From Octopus bimaculoides (taxonomy: Eukaryota), in contig NC_069004.1 of the NCBI RefSeq assembly GCF_001194135.2, positions 5,260,975 to 5,293,890 of the forward strand: DNA of 32,916 nt, read 5' to 3'. Made by a program: the position numbers and the translations under genes. Below, one piece after another: positions 20,160-32,543 of this stretch. The notes below the pieces were generated by a model. That model was not told the origin of the DNA. It searched no databases and saw only the letters and a list, made by a program, of their open reading frames with translations. Every line of letters starts with the position of its first letter. The first letter of the stretch is position 1.

Positions 20160-21134
20160 ACAACAACACCAACAACAAGTGTGGAGGCGATGAAGATGCA
20201 GCCGTCGCCTCCGACGACGACGATGATGATGATGACAAAAATACCACCACCAACAACAACAACAACATCAACATCAGCAGCAGCAATAACACCAGAAGCA
20301 GCAGCAGCGGCGGAAGCAGCAGCAGCAGCTAGTTGTATGACGACGACGACGACGACCACGATGACAGTGATGACAGCCGCAACGGTAACAACGGTAGCAG
20401 CGCCGCCGCCGCTGACGCCGTCGCCACCACCACCACCATCAGCAGCAGCAGCAACAACATTATCTTCGATGGAAATGTCGAAAATAATGCTGATGGTGAA
20501 TTCAACACAACAACAACAGCAACAGCAACAGCAACAACAACAACCGCAGCAGCAGCAGCAATTACTGCCAATAGCAGCAGCACCAGCTGTAGCAGCTCCT
20601 GCCGTCACGGCGACCGCCACGACCACCACAACGACGACGACGGCGACGACAGTCTCAGCAGCACCAGCAACATCAGCAGCAGCAATGGTTGTTGTTGTCA
20701 AGAAAGACGACAACAACAACGCTAACAACAACACTAATACAAACACCACCACAACAACAGCAACAACAACAATTAGTAACAACAACAACAACAACAGGTC
20801 GGCCAACACGGCGACGACCTGTGCCTCCCCAATTGCCGTTAACTTTTATAACGGTAATGTTAATAGTAGTAGTAGTAGTAATTCTAGTAGTATTAGTAGT
20901 AGTAGTAATTTTAATAATAATAATACAAATAATATTCTTAATAACAACGGTTGTTGTAATAACAACACCAATAATAATAATTCTAAGCAAAGCAACAACA
21001 ACAACAACAACGACGACGTTTTTCGGAAGGAATCCAACTTGGAACGTGTAGTTGGTATTTCTACTTTACAAAACGGGGAGAAAGGATTGACTAACGGAGA
21101 TAGTATACAAAACGAACACGAACAAGAAGAAGAG
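20160..21134 (+). CDS. Candidate coding exon of an unidentified protein: low-complexity/disordered poly-T, A, P, Q, N, S region (5' end hidden in gap 19903-20158; first visible ATG at 20190)
   Basis: 325 stop-free codons across many different triplet repeats and unique spacers, e.g. SSMEMSKIMLMVNS and DDVFRKESNLERVVGISTLQNGEKGLTNGDSIQNEHEQEEE. The frame ends at a consensus donor GAG|GTAAGT (intron starts 21135, phase 0), after which the sequence becomes (TA)n-rich. No domain recognised. Confidence 0.55.
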
Positions 21135-21610
21135 GTAAGTTATTATTACACCATATATATATATATATAAATATAATTGTAAGTGTGGGTGTGTAAATAT
21201 ATGGGTATATATATAGATATGTATATATGGATATATATATATATATGAAGAGAGATATATATGTGCGTATGGAAAAGTATTGTTTCTGGATTACATATGT
21301 ATATATATTTGTTGGTATATGTTTTGTACGTATATATATGTGATATAAATGGCTAGGTAAAGTACATTTCGTGTCTACGTATGTGTATAAGTAGGTAAAA
21401 ATATGCCTGTGTGTATATATATATATATGTATTTTCGTGTGTGTTTGGGAATATAGATATATATATATATTCGTTTGGGATTTTGACGCATGTAATCGCA
21501 GAAAACCCGGCAAATTATTTATATATATGTATGTATATGTGTGTATATATATGTATATGTATATATATGCTGGTTCGCTGTTTTGGTGCACGTAAGAAAA
21601 TCCGGCAATT

Positions 21611-21662
<52 letters not shown>

Positions 21663-21895
21663 GTTTATGTTTGCATGTATGCTGTATATCTATATATGTG
21701 TGTGCGTTTGTTTCCCGGTATTATAGAAATGCGTGTATATATATATTTATATACACATATATATAATTGCTTTTGGTACATGAAGAAGAAATGTGTATAT
21801 ATATATGTGTATGTATCTGTTTAATTCCTCGGGTCAAATTTTTGTGTGTACCTGTAGGTACGTTTACAATGTGTGTATGTATATACAAGTTCCCG

Positions 21896-21945
<50 letters not shown>

Positions 21946-22386
21946 GCTCTCGTGTATGCACAAAAAATAACGGCAAGACATATGCACACACATGTGTGTA
22001 TATTTAACCCGTTATATATACGTGTGTGTATATTATATATACGTGTGTGTACCTGAGGTGTTGATTTTTGTCTATATGTCCCTGTATGTTTAAAAATAAA
22101 ATGTTATAAACTCATTCTTCTTTATTCTATCTCGTCCTCTTGCATTTTAAACACACCATGTGTTTATATATAAATACACCTTGTATTTCTTCGTCGATAC
22201 ACACACACACACACACACACCTGAAGTAATTTAGGTAGTCAAATAAAATACGTGTTTCATATACAAAGTATACTTAAGGTGTGTGTATTGTATATTATAA
22301 CATAATATAATGCTTGTGTGTATGTTTATTACAGAATTACACGTATAAATGGGTAATATAGTTTGCATCAAATACGTATGTTCATT

Positions 22387-22446
<60 letters not shown>

Positions 22447-22501
22447 TACACACAGAGACATACATGTGTTCTGTATATATAATGCGTTTTGTTAATTATT
22501 G

Positions 22502-22537
<36 letters not shown>

Positions 22538-22889
22538 CCTTTATTCTCTGCTAGTTTATAAATATATTTTTGTTTGTTTCACATTGTCTTGTCTTATAAC
22601 TATTTCGTTCTACCTTGTTTTTCACCTGGATTCCCCTATCTCCCCATTTTCGTGTCACAAATACGTGTGTGTGTGTGTGTGTATATACCCACACATACGT
22701 ATATACATGCTCATTCATTCTTATTGTTCTTCACTGTCACTACAGCCTGTTTAAATTATCTTTATTATTATTATTATTAAGCTGTTTTCTTTTTATGTTT
22801 TTTATCCTTTCCACCTGTCCTTGCAGTTAACCAAAAACAACAAAATTCTTTTAAAAAAAAAAAAACCACACGTATTCGCGCAACTCTTA

Positions 22890-23620
22890 CTTTCTCTCTC
22901 TCTCTCTCTCAGTCTTTGACTTTCACTCTCTCTCTCTCACACACACCCTCTCTATCCTCCTTCCTTTCTCTCACATAGTTTTTCTCTCTCTCTCTGTCTT
23001 ATCTCATCCTCTCCACATAGTTTGTCTCTCTTTCAACATACAAACTATAACTCTCTCTTTACACCTTGTCTCTATCTTCTACTTCCTCCCTCTAATACCC
23101 ATTCTCTCTCTCTCTCTCTCATGCACAACCTATGTATCTATCTGTCTCTTGCTATCAATACCTCTCTAACATAGTTTATCTCTCTCTATATATATGTATA
23201 TATATTTCTTTCACTTTCTCCTCTCTTTAACATAATTTTTATCTCTCTTTCTAATACAGTCTGTCTGTCTCTCATCACAAACACAGCCTCTCTGTCTCTC
23301 TTGCTCTCTCTCACCTCTCTAACACAGCCTGTATATCTCTCTTTCTTTCTCTTACTCACTCTCACATTATTTCTCTTTCTCCCTTTTTTTTTTACACTTT
23401 CTAACACTATTATCTCTCTCTCTCTCACTATCTCTGTCCATCTCTTACTATCTTTTCGTCAGTTTCTATCACTCTCCTCTCACACGTTCTATCTCTCTCT
23501 CTCTCTGTCCCTATGACACAATCTTGTCGCTCTCTCTCTCCGCCCCCCTCTCAATCTGTCTGTCTCTGTCTCTCAGTTTAATCTCTTCGTTATACAGATT
23601 ATCTCTCTCTCTCTCTAACA
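22890..23620. repeat. ~730-bp polypyrimidine (CT-rich) degenerate tract with a recurring ACATAGTTT-like spacer
   Basis: Direct reading. Spacer variants at about 22973, 23015, 23168 and 23229. Confidence 0.8.
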
Positions 23621-24353
23621 CTATAACGTAGGTTAACCAGAATAATCGTTCAAATAATTTAATTAATGCCTGGATATATAAATATACACTTACATACGTG
23701 CACGTGTATTATATATATAGGTATATATAAACATACACACGTATATGTATATATATATATAAACATACGCGAACACATTCCTGCTTATATAAATACCAAT
23801 GGAAAAGGGAGAATTGTGTGTGTTTACGTGTGTATATATGCATGAGTATATTTGTTTCTATATGTGTGTACATATATGATTTTATGTGTATATGTGTGTG
23901 TGTGTGTGTATGCATACCCCCCTCCTCATCGTGTTCAGTGTATACAAGGTGTATTAGCGACACGAGGAAAATAGATTCTGTTGATATCAAAGTGAACTTC
24001 ATTTTCTAACATAATTATATTCATAGTGCGTGTGTCTATGTGTATCATAATAATAATATAAATAATATATACATGCATATATGGGTACAGGACGTGAACA
24101 TAAAAAAACAAAAGCATGGCAAACGAAATATATATATATATGTATATATATACATGCATGCACACACATTTATATGACTACCGTACTTTTATGATTTCGA
24201 TATGCGTGTATAATTCACGGTAAAAGTGTTATATACTGGTATGTATTAAGTCAAGGTATAAAACCGTTCAACATACACATATATATACACATATATATTG
24301 TCTATAAGTTTATGGTGTCTGCGTTGCTTATTAGTATATAAATATCTTGTGTG

Positions 24354-24389
<36 letters not shown>

Positions 24390-25094
24390 ATATACACACA
24401 TACTTTTATCCTGTAAAACTTGATACACACATACAACACACCTATCTATATGTATATCTATCTGTTTGTCTATCTACTTAACGATTTATCTATCTATCTA
24501 TCTATCTATCTACCTATATACTTATCTACCTACATATCTATCTATCTATCTATCTACATGTGTGTATATATTTGTGTGTAAACACTAAAACGCTTATGTA
24601 TTTATATATAGTTGTGTGTGTCAGTGAGAGAGAGAGATAAATAAATAAAGGGTTTGCCGCGCGTGTTTCGTCTTGTGAACATAGAAAAGAGCACCTGTAA
24701 AGCAATTATATAGTTCAACACACGCTAACGCACATACATAGTCTCTCACTAACACACACACACACACACAACTGTGGCTTCTCTTTTTAGGGTTTTTCTT
24801 TTATCAATAAAGCATCGAAAAGTCTTTCGCTACTTTATTCACAGATGCATTCATGTATTTGTGTGTAACGTGTGTGTGTGTATGTGTGTGTTTGAGCGTC
24901 AGTGAATGTGTGTGTATATGTCCACATACACACACACGTGCCTTCGTTTTGCACACATACTTCCACCTGCTTCAATCGTGTCTTCTCTCGCCTGTTTCAT
25001 TCTTTTAGTTCTATGTACTGTGTGTGTGTATATATGTTTATGCATGTGTGTATGTACATATATGTGTGTGTGTGTGTGTGAGTGTGTATCAGTC

Positions 25095-25171
25095 AATAAA
25101 TTAAGTACCGGTTGCGTACTGAGGTCGATCTAATCGATTGACCCGCCTCCCTCAAAATTCCGGGCCTTGTG
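25095..25171 (+). mobile_element. SINE family B, 3' fragment
   Basis: AATAAATTAAGTACCGGTTGCGTACTGAGGTCGATCTAATCGATTGACCC..GGCCTTGTG. Confidence 0.75.
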
Positions 25172-25296
25172 AATATAAATATTGATATGTATGTATACAT
25201 ATGTGTGTATATAATGTTTATGCATGTGTATGTATGTATATATATGTGTGTGTGCGTGTCAATATAAGTAAATGGTGATGTATATATATTGTATAC

Positions 25297-25342
<46 letters not shown>

Positions 25343-25408
25343 CTATATATAGATATGTTACGAGGTAGAAACGCTTGCATAGATACATAATTGTCTCTTG
25401 GGACCTAA

Positions 25409-25440
<32 letters not shown>

Positions 25441-25442
25441 GC

Positions 25443-25473
<31 letters not shown>

Positions 25474-25899
25474 TATGCATTTATTAATATAAATACAATT
25501 GTACCTGCATGTATCTATGTATTTATACTTGTGTATATTATATTATATTATATGTGTATACTTTTCTTGAGTGTGTATTATACAAATATTATGAGTGTAC
25601 ATACGAATATATAAATGTTTGCGTATATATGAATATGGGTGTACGTATTTGTGTGTGTATATATGTACATATACATATGCATACAATACATATTCTATAT
25701 ATGTATGTATACAATATGTATTTTAAATATTTTGTATGTATACATATATGTATTGTGTGTGTACAAACTCAGACTTAGACACATATATATAATATAACAC
25801 ACACACACACACACACACATATATACACGCGCGCGCACATATGTAATTAGCATCAATTTTGATTTGCATTCGAAATTGCACGTTCATTTATTTTTTTCT

Positions 25900-26532
25900 C
25901 TCTGCAAACACATGCATACAGACAGATACAGTTTCACACACATACACATACACTCATTCCTCACTTACGCATACACACAGACGTGTATGCAATTTCACAC
26001 GCACATACATACACACGTGAACAACATTTCACACATTTTACACAGACACACACACATGCGCTTATATACACGCACACACGGGCTAACTCTCACACACATT
26101 ATTTCTCTCTCTCTTTCACACACATACACACACAAGCACATATCTGTATAGCAGTCCACACAAACATAAATACACTCTTATGCTCTTACATAAACGTACA
26201 CACGTGCTCTCTCTCTCTCTCTCTCTCTTCCTCTTTCTCTCTATCACACACACATATCTATGTAAACCAGTCCACATACACTTCTGCAAGTACATGCGCA
26301 CACACATACTCTCTCTCTCTCTCTCGTACGCACACATACTCTCACTCACATACACACACATGCTCTCACTCACATACATACACATTTTCTCTCTCTCATG
26401 CACACACACATTCATACAAACACACACATTCATACACACACACACACATCTAATTACCAGTCCACACATACATAGAAACTTATGCACTTACACATACGTA
26501 CACGTGCTCGCTCACACACACACACACACACA
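25900..26532. repeat. Degenerate CA/CT-rich low-complexity tract
   Basis: Direct reading. Confidence 0.8.
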
Positions 26533-27045
26533 NNNNNNNNNNNNNNNNNNNNNNNNNNNNNNNNNNNNNNNNNNNNNNNNNNNNNNNNNNNNNNNNNNNN
26601 NNNNNNNNNNNNNNNNNNNNNNNNNNNNNNNNNNNNNNNNNNNNNNNNNNNNNNNNNNNNNNNNNNNNNNNNNNNNNNNNNNNNNNNNNNNNNNNNNNNN
26701 NNNNNNNNNNNNNNNNNNNNNNNNNNNNNNNNNNNNNNNNNNNNNNNNNNNNNNNNNNNNNNNNNNNNNNNNNNNNNNNNNNNNNNNNNNNNNNNNNNNN
26801 NNNNNNNNNNNNNNNNNNNNNNNNNNNNNNNNNNNNNNNNNNNNNNNNNNNNNNNNNNNNNNNNNNNNNNNNNNNNNNNNNNNNNNNNNNNNNNNNNNNN
26901 NNNNNNNNNNNNNNNNNNNNNNNNNNNNNNNNNNNNNNNNNNNNNNNNNNNNNNNNNNNNNNNNNNNNNNNNNNNNNNNNNNNNNNNNNNNNNNNNNNNN
27001 NNNNNNNNNNNNNNNNNNNNNNNNNNNNNNNNNNNNNNNNNATTG

Positions 27046-27365
27046 GTAGCTGCAGCTGTGGTAGTGGTGGTAGTTGTAGTGTCGGTGCGGGTTGTATAAT
27101 GATTATGGTGGTGGTAGTGGTTGTGGTGGTGATGACGATGGTGGTCATTGTTGTGGTGGTTGTAGTTTTGGTAATGGTTGTGTTGATGAGTGTGATAGTG
27201 GTAGTATTGGTGTTGGTGGTAGTGGTAATGGTGATGGCTGTTGTTGTGGTAGTGATGATGATTATGGTTGTGATGATTGTTATGGTGGTGCCGTTGATGG
27301 CGGTGATAGCTGTGATGGTTGTAGTGTTGGTAGTGGTTGTGGTGGTGGTTGTAGTAATGGTCGTG
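27046..27365. repeat. Degenerate (GTN/GGT)n trinucleotide tract
   Basis: Direct reading. Confidence 0.8.
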
Positions 27366-27502
27366 AAAGTAATTAAACAAAATGCTTGTTGAGCATAAAA
27401 TCATTTCGGGTTACCCGCCCACACTGAAAAACTCATTCGTTAAGGCCGGGTCAGAGTGCCCCACAACTCTACTCCTCATCATACATTGTCTGTACACGTT
27501 TT

Positions 27503-27792
27503 ATAGGCGTGACAGTGTGGTATGAAGCTTGCTTCCCAACCACATGGTTCTGGGTTCAGTCCCACTGTATGGCACCTTGGGCAAGTGTCTTCTACTATAG
27601 CCTCGGGCCAACCAAAGCCTTGTGAGTGAATTTGGTAGACGGAAACTGAAAGAAGCCTGTCGTATACATATGTATATATCTGTGTGTGTGTGTGTGTGTG
27701 TCTTTGTGTTTCCCCACCACCACCACCACCACCACTTGACAACCGGTGTTGGTATGTTTGCGTCCCCGTAACCTAACGGTCCAGCAAAAGTG
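27503..27792 (+). mobile_element. SINE family A, 5' two-thirds (3' end lost before gap)
   Basis: ATAGGCGTGACAGTGTGGTATGAAGCTTGCTTCCCAACCACATGGTTCTGGGTTCAGTCCCAC..GTAGACGGAAACTGAAAGAAGCC, internal (TG)n and (CCA)n, then CAACCGGTGTTGG..CGTCCCCGTAAC. Confidence 0.88.
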
Positions 27793-28131
27793 ACGCGGCA
27801 TTACACAAANNNNNNNNNNNNNNNNNNNNNNNNNNNNNNNNNNNNNNNNNNNNNNNNNNNNNNNNNNNNNNNNNNNNNNNNNNNNNNNNNNNNNNNNNNN
27901 NNNNNNNNNNNNNNNNNNNNNNNNNNNNNNNNNNNNNNNNNNNNNNNNNNNNNNNNNNNNNNNNNNNNNNNNNNNNNNNNNNNNNNNNNNNNNNNNNNNN
28001 NNNNNNNNNNNNNNNNNNNNNNNNNNNNNNNNNNNNNNNNNNNNNNNNNNNNNNNNNNNNNNNNNNNNNNNNNNNNNNNNNNNNNNNNNNNNNNNNNNNN
28101 NNNNNNNNNNNNNNNNNNNNNNNNNNNNNNN

Positions 28132-28327
28132 AGTAAAGGCACGAGGCTTGAAATGTTAGAGGAAACGGGGTGGGGTGGGGGTAGGGCTAATCGATTACCT
28201 CGACCCCAGTGTCTCACCGGTACTTAATTTGTCGACCTCGTCGGAATTTGAACTCAGAACGTAGCGACGGGCGAAATACCGCTAAGCATTTCGTCCTGCA
28301 TGCTAACGATTCTGCCAGCTCGCTGCC
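28132..28327 (-). mobile_element. SINE family B with an internal ~26-nt deletion
   Basis: Reverse complement of 14551-14772. It lacks the CCGAAAGGATGAAAGGCAAAG segment, which lies between two TCGACC repeats. Confidence 0.85.
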
Positions 28328-28347
28328 AAAAATCTTATATGGACCCT

Positions 28348-28824
28348 CAGGCAGCTCTGTCACGTGACTTTCAGAGGCCCCCCCCCTGCAACTTTTTGCT
28401 TCGAGGCCCCAGCCCTTCAATCAAAATTCATAATCTATGCACCATTTATTCATAGCTATATTTTTACTTTATTCCATCTGAAGTTCAATATTTCACGTTA
28501 TCTTAAAGAACATCTTTAAAAGTACAACAAGTTAAATTTGTTTAGGTCTATTACAAATTTCAATAAGTAAAACTTCCAGATATGAATAAAAGAGATCTTT
28601 TATAATCCAGGCAACTTTCAAAGACAAAAACGGCGCACTTTTCGCTTTGCAAAATCATTGATCAGTTCAGAATAATCAAACTGAGAGCTAAGTTCGTGTT
28701 CAATGGATATCACAGACAATCTACAAAGACTGGTACACGTTCGTAGTACAATGTAATATTTTTATAAGAACTTTTGCAGGTACAATGTATTACCATTTTG
28801 TTTCTTCAAATTTTCAGTTAGCAT
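28348..28824 (-). mobile_element. hAT DNA transposon 3' remnant with decayed transposase C-terminus (28618-28760)
   Basis: Minus-strand translation LRTCTSLCRLSVISIEHELSSQFDYSELINDFAKRKVRRFCL* resembles the end of the hAT dimerisation domain (RL..L..LSIE.E....DY..I..FA..K.R). It is followed by an AT-rich 3' UTR and a GC-rich GGGGCCTC terminal region. Confidence 0.6.
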
Positions 28825-28828
28825 AGAT

Positions 28829-29041
28829 CAGGGGTTCCCAACTGGTGGTTCTCGGTCCCCTGGGGAGGATGGTCGCGAACCCTTAGCGGGGGTCGCGTAG
28901 CCTTGCTAGACGTAGCTTGGGATAATATTAATTTCAACTCATCAATTACATTTTTTTAATGATCTGCTGATAGCATGGGATCGCGTGGGTTTCACGCTTT
29001 TGGGTAAGGGGTCGCGATTGCAAAAACTTTGGGAACCGCTG
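28829..29041. mobile_element. hAT/Charlie-type MITE
   Basis: TIRs CAGGGGTTCCCAAC and TTTGGGAACCGCTG (12/14 match). The 8-bp flanks GCATAGAT and ACGTTGAT match 5/8, consistent with a decayed TSD. Confidence 0.72.
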
Positions 29042-29119
29042 ACGTTGATAGTTTAATTCTTGTTCAGCATCTCAACCAAAGTAAATAGATGACTCATCTA
29101 CGTACTTTGATATTAACAT

Positions 29120-29223
29120 GGGGCCTCCTGAACTGCGGAGACAGCCTGTGACCGCAGGGGCTACAGGGCCTTAGCAACAGCCCTACCCACAGGAATCATA
29201 TGGAGCCCGGTTGAGAACCACTG
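29120..29223. mobile_element. Right end of a second Charlie-type element
   Basis: Ends in GGTTGAGAACCACTG (reverse complement CAGTGGTTCTCAACC), followed by GTCTGGAC, close to the Charlie target NTCTAGAN. The left end is uncertain; CAGCATCTCAACC at 29065 is a possibility. Confidence 0.45.
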
Positions 29224-29556
29224 GTCTGGACAGAACTATTTCTCTCGTAAGTTATTTCTAACATCATCCTGAGATGCATTTGAGAAGCATCATTTGTGAT
29301 GTTTGCAGAGATCATCAGACACCCTCATTCGGGGTTGATGAAGCCCCCACTCCCAGCTTGTTGTACCCAGTTACCGTTACCCCTGTTAGCAATTGCTCTT
29401 TAAGGGCACATATCTTTAGCGTTACTCACGAGCTTATCTCCTAACCCGTATGTCTTACTTTACAAAGCCTGACAGCAGCGAGCCAAAGGCCAATGTTGCT
29501 TTTCTTCTACCTGTTATCCTGGGACAAGCTTATGAGGGTATGTATGGTGCATAATA

Positions 29557-29661
29557 AGTCTGGTACTTATATCGGTTCTTTTGCCGAACCGTTAAGTTAC
29601 GAGAACGTAAACACACCAGTACCGGTTTTCAAGCGGTGTTGGGGGTGGGGAGACACAGAGA

Positions 29662-29760
<99 letters not shown>

Positions 29761-29931
29761 AATAAATATGTATTCGACGGGCTTCTTTCTGTTTCCGTCT
29801 ACCAAATCCACTTGCAAGTCTTTGGTTGGTCCGAGGCTATAACAGAAGACACTTTCCCAAGGTGCCACGCAGTGTGACTGAACCAGGAACCATGTGGTTA
29901 GGAAACAAGCTTGTTACCACGCTTGCGCCTA
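29557..29931 (-). mobile_element. SINE family A lacking the terminal ~100 nt, with a very long internal (CA)n
   Basis: Reverse complement is colinear with 7628-7915. The internal (CA)n spans about 29662-29757. Confidence 0.85.
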
Positions 29932-30368
29932 CCCGAAAATGCTTTTGACTTTCGAAACATGTGTATTGCTACAAGAGGCAGGCTTGCTGGCGTTTCCTTA
30001 CTTCGCCATCACAGAATTATATTTCTCTTCTTTTCCTTTTCGTGCTTTTCTGGGCATTATTTCGCTGCTTCAACATTATTGCGAATCAAATCGAACTAAA
30101 TAAAGTTCAAAATGTCAATAAAATCGTATTGGATTGGGTTGAGTTGGGTTGGGAGGTGGTTGGCGGTGGGAAGAAAATAAAATGAAATGAAATATTTTTG
30201 CCTTGCGAAATAGCTTTAGATGACACAAAAACATGGAGAAATTACATCCAATTTCTTGAACATCCTTGGAAAATGTTGTTAGCCAAAAGCTAACGGCAAC
30301 TACGAAATAACAGGATTGTTCAAGCCTACATCCAATAATGCTAATACTACCACTACTACTAATAATAA

Positions 30369-30568
30369 TCCTTTCTACTAAAGGTACAAGGCCTGGGATT
30401 TGGGGGGACGGGGCAAGTCGATTAGGTCGATCCCAGTACGTAACTGGTATTTTATTTATTGACCCCGAAGGATGAAAGGCAAAGACGACCTCGGCAGAAT
30501 TTGAACTCAGAATGTAACGACAAACGGCATATCGCCTGTCGTGCTAATGATTCTGCCAGCTAGCCACC
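30369..30568 (-). mobile_element. SINE family B, full-length, with (TTA/TAG)n tail at 30343-30368
   Basis: Reverse complement of GGTGGCTAGCTGGCAGAATCATTAGCAC..CTGAGTTCAAATTCTGCCGAGGTCGTCTTTGCCTTTCATCCTTCGGGGTCAAT..ACCAGTTACGTACTGGGATCGACCTAATCGACTT. Confidence 0.85.
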
Positions 30569-30570
30569 TA

Positions 30571-30604
<34 letters not shown>

Positions 30605-30610
30605 GCAGCA

Positions 30611-31165
30611 GCCCTGATGTAGTAGCTGGTATTGGCTCTCATGGCTTCTGATCTTAACTGACTGGAAGTCTCATCATGTACATTGTTTTGTCTTGGTATA
30701 AAAGATGGGCTACAGCAAATATTCTGCTCAATACCACAGATTTGCTTGTCAGTTGTTTGACCTTAGCCAGTTGTTCATATCCCTTGGCGGCTGACGATAT
30801 ATGCATCCCTGATCACGAGCAAAGTAGTAGGGTGCATCATAGCCGTATGAGAGGAATTCTTAGGGGTTTGGATAATTCACCTTTGGAAACATGGATGTTT
30901 TGTTCATCATCCTTAACCCTTATTCAGGACCTTTTGAGCGGATGGGCTACTCGATTTGACGAAAATTCTAACTGGGCCCCACCTGCAAGGTCATGCGCTG
31001 TTTATCTTGATACGACATCACCATGTCACGCACGTATGGTTGAGATGCATGTGCGAGGTGTACCGTTATCAGACAGGTAGTCATGATGAATATACTGGAC
31101 TTCGTATATTTTACCCCAGTGTCACTTTGATGGCAAGCGCTGCTCTCACTCAATGATAATAATAA
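30611..31165 (+). mobile_element. Probable non-LTR retroelement fragment with (AAT)n tail
   Basis: Ends CTCTCACTC-AATGATAATAATAAT. I recall this sequence as an abundant octopus interspersed repeat, but it is single-copy in this window and has no RT ORF. Confidence 0.4.
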
Positions 31166-32287
31166 TTATTATTATAGCATTCATACATTCATCAGTAATA
31201 AACGTTGTCATAGGAATTTGCAAATTTCTGGGAATAGGTAAAAATGTGAGATATGTTGTTTTTGTCGTTGTCAACAAGATTGTCATAAGATTCTTTTTTT
31301 TTTTAACTACTGTAAAAAATGTTTGTTCTAGTTTGAAATTTTTGGAAACTTTCCTNNNNNNNNNNNNNNNNNNNNNNNNNNNNNNNNNNNNNNNNNNNNN
31401 NNNNNNNNNNNNNNNNNNNNNNNNNNNNNNNNNNNNNNNNNNNNNNNNNNNNNNNNNNNNNNNNNNNNNNNNNNNNNNNNNNNNNNNNNNNNNNNNNNNN
31501 NNNNNNNNNNNNNNNNNNNNNNNNNNNNNNNNNNNNNNNNNNNNNNNNNNNNNNNNNNNNNNNNNNNNNNNNNNNNNNNNNNNNNNNNNNNNNNNNNNNN
31601 NNNNNNNNNNNNNNNNNNNNNNNNNNNNNNNNNNNNNNNNNNNNNNNNNNNNNNNNNNNNNNNNNNNNNNNNNNNNNNNNNNNNNNNNNNNNNNNNNNNN
31701 NNNNNNNNNNNNNNNNNNNNNNNNNNNNNNNNNNNNNNNNNNNNNNNNNNNNNNNNNNNNNNNNNNNNNNNNNNNNNNNNNNNNNNNNNNNNNNNNNNNN
31801 NNNNNNNNNNNNNNNNNNNNNNNNNNNNNNNNNNNNNNNNNNNNNNNNNNNNNNNNNNNNNNNNNNNNNNNNNNNNNNNNNNNNNNNNNNNNNNNNNNNN
31901 NNNNNNNNNNNNNNNNNNNNNNNNNNNNNNNNNNNNNNNNNNNNNNNNNNNNNNNNNNNNNNNNNNNNNNNNNNNNNNNNNNNNNNNNNNNNNNNNNNNN
32001 NNNNNNNNNNNNNNNNNNNNNNNNNNNNNNNNNNNNNNNNNNNNNNNNNNNNNNNNNNNNNNNNNNNNNNNNNNNNNNNNNNNNNNNNNNNNNNNNNNNN
32101 NNNNNNNNNNNNNNNNNNNNNNNNNNNNNNNNNNNNNNNNNNNNNNNNNNNNNNNNNNNNNNNNNNNNNNNNNNNNNNNNNNNNNNNNNNNNNNNNNNNN
32201 NNNNNNNNNNNNNNNNNNNNNNNNNNNNNNNNNNNNNNNNNNNNNNNNNNNNNNNNNNNNNNNNNNNNNNNNNNNNNNNNNNNNNNN

Positions 32288-32349
<62 letters not shown>

Positions 32350-32543
32350 GCATTCATGTTTGTTTTTATGTCAAGATATATACAAAATCTATTTAATATT
32401 AAAACTGAAGGATTACAGAATACTTTCTAGCGGATTCCTATATGTATTAAGCTTTTACACAGAAAAGATTAGCAGATACTTCGCTGTTTCATCTTGCTCG
32501 CCAAGACGTGCAGTCTGACGAAGGCAAACTACCTGAAACTTTA

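Noticed and set aside
19820-20809. 329-aa antisense ORF
   Set aside because: It is the mirror of the triplet-rich + strand exon (poly-V/C/L/A), and only the + frame has a unique tail and a donor.
30676-31080. 134-aa ORF
   Set aside because: No recognisable domain, and it lies within a probable interspersed repeat.
38-32430. Most ORFs in the supplied track (poly-YI, CV, HT, LSIY, ERKK, poly-X)
   Set aside because: They are translations of di-, tri- and tetranucleotide microsatellites or of N gaps, with no protein-like unique sequence.
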